A stretch of DNA of 64,000 nt from Schizochytrium sp. TIO01 (lineage: Eukaryota; Protista; Bigyra: Labyrinthulomycetes): the NCBI GenBank assembly GCA_004764695.1, contig SMSO01000013.1:1-64000 (forward strand), written 5' to 3'. Shown piece after piece: positions 12,001 to 21,344 of the stretch (position 1 is the first letter of the stretch; every line of letters begins with the position of its first letter). The position numbers were made by a program, and so were the translations under genes. A model generated the notes under the pieces. That model did not search any database. It was not told the DNA's origin and saw only the letters and a program-made list of their open reading frames with translations.

Positions 12001-13875
12001 TTTGAAGGCCGCTCTTGTTCATCCAAAGAGCTCCACATACACACTCCAATCATACTCCGAGCATATACTACGCAAGCCCATCTCCCACGCGACCACGTTG
12101 TCTCTGCGAGCCTCCAGCAGCTCCAAAGGTGTTAGTTGCACGAAGCACCCCGAACACAGAAACTCTAAAGGTCGCTGCATTGTACACGGTGAATAATTTT
12201 GCAGCCCAAGGAGACGGACGAAGAGTTCGGCAAGGAACTTTTTGAGCGCAGGTTCTTTGTAATGAGTATGGACTTGGCGTGCTGTGCTTTGGATTACAAA
12301 GAAAGCAAGAGATGTTTAGAAAGTCCTGTGATAAGGCAGAAATGCTCTTTTGATTTAGTGAGGACAACGAGGAAATGGATTTTAAGATCTGAGAGCGCCA
12401 CAGGACATTTCATACTATCGGGGAGCAAAGAAGCGTACTTCAAACAGATGAGTGAGCTTGATGGAAACCTAGCAGAGAACGGAGAATGATTCAAATTTCT
12501 ATCTTGCTTACGCTAGAATCAATCGAATTTGAGTCAATTTCCCTGTTGAAACAGGGTGAACCCTCTGTAAATAACTTTGTTTTTCCATTTTTAAAAGTAA
12601 ATATGTCATAGTCTGTAACTACCTATTTAGTAGAGAAGAAATTACAAGAAGAAAAAATACGAAAAGAGAAGGAGAGAGCAACGACTTATGCCCTCGGCGT
12701 CCGAACTATTACAATGTAAGTTTTATTGTGTAGAGTTTAGCAACCTATTTACTCCAGCAGATGGTTTACTTGTGTCAGTCTTGACACTTGTTGAATGTAA
12801 TCGATGTAATGGAAAAGTCAATAGACTTAAAAGAAACATGCATGACGATCAATAATCCAGCTTCGTACTTGGCTACAAACACCAACACCGTCACTACGTT
12901 AACCTTCATAATAGTATCCAACAACATCTAAGGATTGCTATGCACAAGAACAACCCCATCTAACATGCAATTTTTTTGACGCGTCTGTGTCTAGCGTCGA
13001 TGCGTGCTGGAATGTAAGTAAATATCGGAATGATTTGTTGCAATGCCAACGATGCATGGCTTTTCACATCTTCTAGCATGGTAATACGATTCTTGCACAA
13101 TAAATACAAAAGAGATTTCACTATTATTAATGAACTTCAAGTCGCGAAGAATCGAACTTGTTTACGCAAAGTTAGAAAGTATCCTAAACGATTGAATGCC
13201 AAATAATCAATTATACCTCGCCACTCCTGTGATATACTGGCGGTCAACTCAACTCGACGGGGACCCGTTTATCAAAAGATGTACTATTAGGTGACACATA
13301 CATACAAAGTTGCTGAAGGAAAGCTTGAAAAAATGTCTCTTTTATAATTCAATTGTCTCTGTCTCACAATGACTAGTTGGAAAGACAACGTAATCTGGAT
13401 ATTGTGTGCTAACCCTATAATTTGCTCTGATGAATGAAACATCTGCTCGAAGTAGTAACGTATTACGAATGCCCCAGCATCATATGGTTATTGGGAACGT
13501 ACAAGAGCCGATTCGCAAACTCAGGGTTAGCCAGCCGCTTTGATGGCAGGGTAGGCCTGTGGGGGGCTGTTCGATTCTACAGAGAGCGAAATGTCCGCAG
13601 CGAAGACTGACACCATAGACAAAGTTGACAAGTTCGAAATTCAACAAATACAAACGTACTGAAGGATAATTGTGCTTTGCATTTGACAAGAGAAGATCAC
13701 TTCCAAGAGTCAGAAATATTGAGCTAGTATGAGCTACGCTTGATCATTGCCAAGCTCGCTTCAAGAGGTACAACCCAAACCTTGCTCTTAGCCTAGGTAA
13801 GTACACCAAAAAGCACAGTGTACCGATAGCGTAGTTAATACCCGACAGCGTAGTTAATACAGTTGCATATAAAAG

Positions 13876-16800
13876 TTAACACAGTTTAAATTCTGGACCA
13901 ACGATGTCTGGCGTTAGCAGAGGCACAAGCTGCTGTTCGAGAGCATGCTGAAGATTTCTGTCTCTAATATTAGCATTCCAGTATTCACGCAGACGTTCTG
14001 CACGTAGCAGCCGCCATGCCTCACGAACCTGCTCGAATGAATCAGCAAAAAATGGATCTTGCCCAAGCTTTTTCAAGCAGGTTCTCACATGACCATGACA
14101 AGCATTTGCATCCTGAGAACTATAGCCAAGACACCAAGCGCAGAAGTGATGACCACAAGTATCATTACCACACTTTACAGCGCAGCAACCGGCAAAATCG
14201 TGTACATATGCCTTACAGTTCGGACAACATGTGCTCAAGATCTTCTCTTGAATATGAAGTAAATGCCGTTGCGCGTCGCGATTCTGTTCATCTGCACGTA
14301 AAACTTCTGCTATGCGCCTTTGGATCTCTTTCTCCGCCCAAACTGCTGCTTCATTTTCTGCCTTCATCTTCGCAATTAACAAAAGATGATTCAAAGCAGT
14401 TGGTGCAAGACGGGTGATTTCTTGACCTGATATCCTTCCATTACATTCAGGTTTCATGCATGCCATCGTTCCATCAGCATCCACGCTTACGTTAGCAAGT
14501 GGCTGTGCCGCCGCTTCTACTGCAGATTCGATACAGTCTCTGCAAAGGAAGTCTCCCTCCTCGCAGCTCGTGCCCTCGGAAAGCAGATGCTCCTCCATGC
14601 ATACTAGACATATCTTGACAGGGATCTTAGGAGCTCCAAAAGCTTCATGTTGGAGTGCTTGGCGAGCGGTGGGGCGCTGACCAGGGTCTGTTGCTGTAAG
14701 AGCATCGATAAGTGTCTGCATTGCAGCGGTTCGCTCAGTAGGATACAGCTCCTTTAAGCTGATGCCCACAGAGTACATGTCCATCGCTGTTTCAAACCTA
14801 TCTACAGGGCCATTCTGCAACTCGGGGGCAACGTACCGTGGCGTTGCCTGAAGTGATGTGTAAGTTGCAGTGTAGTCTGCAACCTTGATGCCGTCAAAGT
14901 CGCCAATCAATGGTGTCCCGTTGCTTGTGAGGAAAATGTTTTCTGGTTTGATGTCACAATGCACAATGCCGTGGGTATGTAAATCCGCCACGCCGATGAG
15001 CAGGCCCACAGCAAGTCGGTCGCGTGCTGCTTTGCCTTCGTTAGGATGACTCTCAATCCACTTGGCAAGGTCACCTTGCTCGTAGAAAGGCATTACAATA
15101 CAGCCACGCGGTACTCCATGTGCCAGATCAACAAAAGCACCATTGATACGTATCACGTGCTGAGACACCACTTTGCCCAGATTGGCAACTTGTCTGTAGA
15201 AGGTTTTGGATTGACTTGAATGTCCAAGCTGAAACTCTTTGAGAACCATAGTTTTACCAAAGTTGTCAAGAACCTTTTGTACTCTCTTGCCACCTCTGGA
15301 AGCAAGGGGCTCGTCGACAGGCTTGAAGTCCGAAACTGTGACATTCGTCAACCAAAGGTCAGAACATGCTACTTCAAAAACACCCTCTGCACTTACGTGA
15401 AGCCTTTCCAGCCAGGCTCTATCTTGCAGCAACTCTGGATAATGTTCCTGCGCGTGTTGCAGAGTCTCAGCAAGCTTATGACGAAAAGCTTTGCTAAGGT
15501 TGATAGGGTTGCCTTGAGAGAGAATGAGCTCTTGTTTCGTGATTCGATTTATAAAATATGCTCGCTCTTCCTCATCCAAGTCCTCAGCGTCGACATCTTC
15601 TCTAGCTCTTTTTAATCTTTCTGTGGCTTTCCTCGACTTGTCAAGTTTCTGGTATAATGCTTCAACATCTGAGACGGAAGGTTCTTTCAAACCCAGTGCT
15701 GCATAGTCATACAGCTCAGAGAGCTCTTTTGGTGTGCACTTGCTCGCGTCATTCAACGCAGTGCTTTCAGAGTATCCTTCAAATCGAGCAAATGTTGAAC
15801 TTATTGCGCAAAGTATTTTGGACAAGTGGGCACTGAGAGTATCTTCATGGAGGACTTCGAGCTCTTCCTTGAGAGCACTCTCAAGTTCAGACAACTCGGG
15901 TTGTAGCTCCATGGCCTGCTCAGGTGTTCTCAGAGCAACCGATAATCCATCACCAAGTTCTAGCTCAGACAATCGAGAGATGACGCGCTTTACAGCTTGT
16001 TGGCTTCGTTCACCAATGTTGTTGGGATGACCTTCTCCACTCCTCTTGTACCCTTCCACGCATTGGACAGCCTGAGCTACGAGTTCTTGGCAGTGTTTGA
16101 AGTCATCTGTGCTGGTCTCTTCATCGACTGGTGCAAGGTTGATCTTTAGATCGTTTACCAAACTTTCGACTCTCACTTTGAATTCTCGCACTGCACTCTC
16201 ATCACTTTCGCAAAGGTTGGCGCGAACCCATGGGTGCACGACCTGCAAAAGTGAATGCAGGTGCCTCCGTTCGGTGTTCCGCTTTTCGATGAGGCTTGGC
16301 AAGCCATTTGCAGAGCTTGCACGAATCTGGTCTTGTAGCGCGTCAAGACTCTCTTTGGAGTTCTTGATGTCAGCGGAAACCTGTCGCAACTTCACTTGGC
16401 CAAAGTAGCCCTGGATCGCCGATCCTACGAATTCCTCAAGCAAGGCAATTCCAGTCTGCAGGGAGTTCCCTCTGACCCCGCCTTGGTCCGCGCGCAAGTC
16501 CGAGACTTTCTTGGCAAGCTGCACCACATCAGCGAAACTCACGCTCGCTCCATCCGGCCGTTCTCTGAGGCGAACAAGAAGACGTAAGCAAACGAGCAAA
16601 ATGATGTTGAAGCAGTAATAAAGGCAGAAGCAAAAGTTAGGATCCCCTATATCTCAATAACACAATTCGTGGAATGAATGATTACACCATCCCAAACAAA
16701 GACTGACCGCATGAACTTACCCAGATCCATCCAAAGTAGCAAGCCCGGCGCTCTTAACGCCATCTTGCTCGTTCTTGGGCTCTGCAGACGGCTCGCTTTC

Positions 16801-19092
16801 TGCCGACTCTATGGAGGCACAAGAATCGGTGTCTGACGAGATATCAATGTCCTCTCCAGGAGAACACACCCTTTCGAACAATTCTTCAGGGGTCAAAGAA
16901 CTCCAACCATAGAAACTGCGGCGTTTTGTAAACGAATGAACGAAAGAAAGACAGTAAAAACGCTTGTTAGAAAAACGATGAACGCATCTAAAGACGGCCT
17001 CGGAAGTCCATATGGAGACATGGAGAGAACCAGCGAAGGCAAGGCTCTGCACAAGCTGGGAATAGCAGCAGAGGGAACGAAACTTACTAGATTTGAACAG
17101 AAGGACATGCTTTGTGCAGAGACTTTGCGACGGCCTTTGCGCCCTCCGAGCCAATGTTGTTATACTGAAGACTGTGAGTATAAATGAATAAGTTTGTTTT
17201 GTTCATTCGTTGTCAGGAAAGACAGGTCCAGTCAGTTGATCCTGTTTTGTTTTGTTTTTCCTCACAATAAAAAGCAATCAGTTCTTCTTTTTCTGCTGCT
17301 GCTGCCTATCAAATTATATAGATTTCCTTCTTCTCTTTGTAAAAAAGAAAAGACTTCTTTGCCTTTCTTTGCGTACCCAACTACGTAAACTACTTAGGTA
17401 GTGTACCAGCAGTACTACAAACACCAAGCACTAAAAAGAAAGAAAGAAAAAGCTTGGTCCTGACTATTACGATAGCTTTCCCTCGTGGATGATTCCACAA
17501 ACGTACTGTAAAGTTTGAAGGTTCTTGCATCCCTCGAGTGCCTTTGCGACGGCCTTTGCGCCCTCCGAGCCAATGTTGTTGTCTGAAGACTGTGAGTATA
17601 AATGAATAAGTTTGTTTTGTTCATTCGTTGTCAGGAAAGACAGGTCCAGTCAGTTGATCCTGTTTTGTTTTGTTTTTCCTCACAATAAAAAGCAATCACC
17701 TCTTCTTCTTCTGCTGCTGCTGCCTATCAAATTATATAGATTTCCTTCTTCTCTTTGTAAAAAAGAAAAGACTTCTTTGCCTTTCTTTGCGTACCCAACT
17801 ACGTAAACTACTTAGGTAGTGTACCAGCAGTACTACAAACACCAAGCACTAAAAAGAAAGAAAGAAAAAGCTTGGTCCTGACTATTACGATAGCTTTCCC
17901 TCGTGGATGATTCCACAAACGTACTCTAAAGTTTGAAGGTTCTTGCATCCCTCGAGTGCCTTTGCGACGGCCTTTGCGCCCTCATCGCCAATGTTGTTGT
18001 TGTAAAGACTGTGAGTATAAATGAATAAGTTTGTTTTGTTCATTCGTTGTCAGGAAAGACAGGTCCAGTCAGTTGATCCTGTTTTGTTTTGTTTTTCCTC
18101 ACAATAAAAAGCAATCAGCTCTTCTTCTCTTCTGCTGCTGCTGCTGCCTATCAAATTATATAGATTTCCTTCTTCTCTTTGTAAAAAAGAAAAGACTTCT
18201 TTGCCTTTCTTTGCGTACCCAACTACGTAAACTACTTAGGTAGTGTACCAGCAGTACTACAAACACCAAGCACTAAAAAGAAAGAAAGAAAAAGCTTGGT
18301 CCTGACTATTACGATAGCTTTCCCTCGTGGATGATTCCACAAACGTACTTAAAGTTTGAAGGTTCTTGCATCCCTCGAGTGCCTTTGCGACGGCCTTTGC
18401 GCCCTCCGAGCCAATGTTGTTGTTGAAAGACTGTGAGTATAAATGAATAAGTTTGTTTTGTTCATTCGTTGTCAGGAAAGACAGGTCCAGTCAGTTGATC
18501 CTGTTTTGTTTTGTTTTTCCTCACAATAAAAAGCAATCAGCTCTTCTTCTTCTTCTTCTGCTGCTGCTGCTGCCTATCAAATTATATAGATTTCCTTCTT
18601 CTCTTTGTAAAAAAGAAAAGACTTCTTTGCCTTTCTTTGCGTACCCAACTACGTAAACTACTTAGGTAGTATACCAGCAGTACTACAAACACCAAGCACT
18701 AAAAAGAAAGAAAGAAAAAGCTTGGTCCTGACTATTACGATAGCGTTCCCTCGTGGATGATTCCACAAACGTACACTAAAGTTCGAAGGTTCTTGCATCC
18801 CTCGAGTGCCTTTGCGACGGCCTTTGCGCCCTCCGAGCCAATGTTGTTTCCACCAAGACTGTGTTTGTTTGTTTGTTTGTTTGTGAACAAGTGAGAGTAA
18901 GTATATGCCATTTCCAACTTCTTCATTAGTGCCACTACAAGTTCAAAACTATTCTTCTTCTACAAAGCTGACTACTACAACAAATCGACGACGCGGTGCC
19001 TCCTTCTTCTGTCTGCTCCCTTCTGCATCGTGCGCTTACCTAATCTCCGTCGTATCTTCTCTGATGTCCTCAATTCTCTCTGCTTTGGTCAT
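13876..19092 (-). CDS. LRR / helical region / protein kinase / RING + IBR-Rcat-like protein, copy A (5 LRR exons; two frameshifted as assembled)
   Basis: Exons: 19092-19040 (MTKAERIEDIREDTTEI); LRRs 18858-18775, 18430-18349 (82 nt), 18008-17925, 17589-17507 (83 nt), 17171-17088; acidic linker 16915-16721; final exon 16564-13876. All introns GT..CAG, phase 2. Kinase motifs VLKE, HCDIKPEN, DFDG, YVAPE, DMYSVG; RING-like CLVC..C..FLCRDC..CMKPEC; CCPNC..GCCAVKC..CGHHFCAWC. Confidence 0.85.
17088..18858 (-). repeat. ~420-bp exon-intron tandem array, copy A (5 LRR exons)
   Basis: Repeated unit with acceptor ..tatactcaCAG and donor GTACGTTTGTGG flanking a GSEGAKAVAKALEGCKNL exon. Confidence 0.95.
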
Positions 19093-20274
19093 CGTGTTTT
19101 GCAGCAGTGAGTGTCACCTTTGATGGATGGATTGATCAATCGCGTTGATTGACTTTGCCCGTCTTTGTCTTCGCTTTGTTTTGGCGCTCGAAAGAGAGAG
19201 AGAGAGAGAGAGTAGTTTGAGTCTTCGCTCGCGCTGCTGATCAGGAACAGAGACTTCTGCTCTCTCTTCTTCTTCTCCTTCTTCTTCTTCGCAGCAAGGA
19301 AGGAGGAACGGGCGGACTCCTCGCGATGCCTCGAAAGTGCCTCTGCAGACCAAGCCTCGCCCACGAGCAACGAACGCGTGGAGGGGTGTGGCGCGCGAGA
19401 GGTCGCGGGGGCGTGGATATCGTGCGTGCGCGCTGCCTCGTGTTGCGGGTTTGCGGCTTCAGCAATGGCATGGTATTCCCTTTTATTCCTTTCCTGTGTT
19501 AAGGTCCTTTGCCCTTTTGTTTAAGGTGCTTTCACTTCGTTTCTAATTTATCTTGGGAGCGCAAAAAAGGAGTCTGAAGAAAGACGAGGAGGCCTCGTGC
19601 TTCGACCAGGTCAAAAACAAGACAGGGGGCGACACGAGGAAGGACTCCATCCCTTTATGGTCGTGCAGATGAATAGAGTTAACGCATAGAACTACTCTTC
19701 AAGCTTTCTATTTTTTTTTAAAAAATAAATATAAGAAATTAAGTTGGTGTGTAAAGCACAAGAAGGATGTTAAATTTTGATTGCCATGGCGTATTGTGTA
19801 ATGAATAGCAGGCAAGAAAAGATCCTTGTATTGAGGTCTATTTGAGATAAGAGGTGGGAGCTTATTGAATCCTTTTGTTGCCTTTGTTGAAGTCTTGGAG
19901 CGACACAAACTCGCAACTAAAGCTTGGGAGAGAATGCAGAACAAGTCGACAATTTTCGGATTTCAAAGATGTGTCGAGTCGTTGGATATTTGCTTCACGG
20001 CTTCAATGTGAAAAAAGCAGAGAGTTGCTTTCAACGATCAGAGCTACGGGCGGCTGCGACCAAAGGTGTGCCAGAAAGAAGGAAAGGAAAATTTCAAAAA
20101 GAGGAGAATCTTTGACCGAGAGTAGATGCCTGATTGCCTTTCTTGCATTGGTTTTAATCCTCTTCGGGTAGGTTTTATTTCATAAAATTAATCTTTGATG
20201 TGTATTATATTGTGATATCAACCGTGGAGTTGCTTTCTTGTAGTGCTAGGGTAAAAAATAATTAAAGGGAAAAA

Positions 20275-20393
20275 AACATTCAACACCGGGGCTTCGCATG
20301 CAGTCCCCTATCATACTACTGACCCGGCCCTACGCGACTTTACTTCTCAGTGCGAATGAGATGAGGTGTTACCCGCGTGGTATGATCGAATGT
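20275..20393 (-). rRNA. 5S rRNA (copy 2)
   Basis: Same 119-nt sequence as copy 1, followed by a T run. Confidence 0.93.
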
Positions 20394-20415
20394 GCTGAGG
20401 ATAGGGTGCATGATG

Positions 20416-20423
20416 TATTTATA
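20416..20423 (-). promoter_or_regulatory. TATA box (TATAAATA) at -30..-23 of 5S copy 2
   Basis: Position conserved across all four 5S genes. Confidence 0.78.
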
Positions 20424-20954
20424 GGTATCATTAAATTTGATAGTCACTTACTTACTTTTTTGACGACTTAGGTGCAAGATATAAGGAGAGAGTGGTAGTG
20501 GAACCTCTGCAGCAAGCATCCCTGCAAAACATATTCTAGGAGTAGGCTTGAGGAAATAGGAATAGCCTTGAAAGAGCGAGAAAGAAAGGAGGTCATACAT
20601 GCAGACCCGAGGCTGAGTAGGCAAGGTTAGGTCCAAACTAGTAAAATATCCTTTTACCTCGAGAGCACTAAGAAGCATCTCCTTCTTAGGGAAAATCAGA
20701 ATAACTCAGTAAGTCAGACCATGTGTGCAGAACCCGGTCATCGACTTGCAGCTTTACGTCCAGCAGGTTCGAAACCTTCTGCAACGACTGGGACTGTGCC
20801 ACGAGCTTAGCTGAAAAGGCACACGCACGCGCTCGCTCGTAAAGGTATAGATCGTTACTTGCTGCGCGATGTCAGACCACCCAGGTGTTGTCACTGCTTG
20901 AAAAGCTTCAGAATGGCGCTACAACTTTAGAGTAAGTTAACATCGTACTAGCTC

Positions 20955-21182
<228 letters not shown>

Positions 21183-21344
21183 GGTTGATTTATTGAGTAT
21201 GCATCAATCGAAGAAACATCAAAATGACAGCACAACAAAGGTGAAATCCTGAAAGCCAACCTAGATCACTCACGTCCATGCATGCACCTAATATAATGTA
21301 TCATGTGTAATGTATTGCTTGCCATCATTGAATCAAATCGACAG

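Larger units (their letters stand above)
13876..20393. repeat. Duplicated block 2 (LRR-kinase gene, upstream region, 5S), paralogous to 46154-60240
   Basis: Colinear homology from the stop codon to the 5S start; no similarity seen beyond either end. Confidence 0.92.

Noticed and set aside
13822-13860. 19-bp tandem duplication just past the copy A stop codon
   Set aside because: Two copies only, absent from copy B; no function inferable.
13876-16599. 907-aa ORF as a stand-alone intronless gene (also 46154-48877)
   Set aside because: The listed start is a non-ATG codon inside a pyrimidine-rich intron end; a CAG acceptor at 16567-16565 (48845-48843) joins it in frame to upstream exons.
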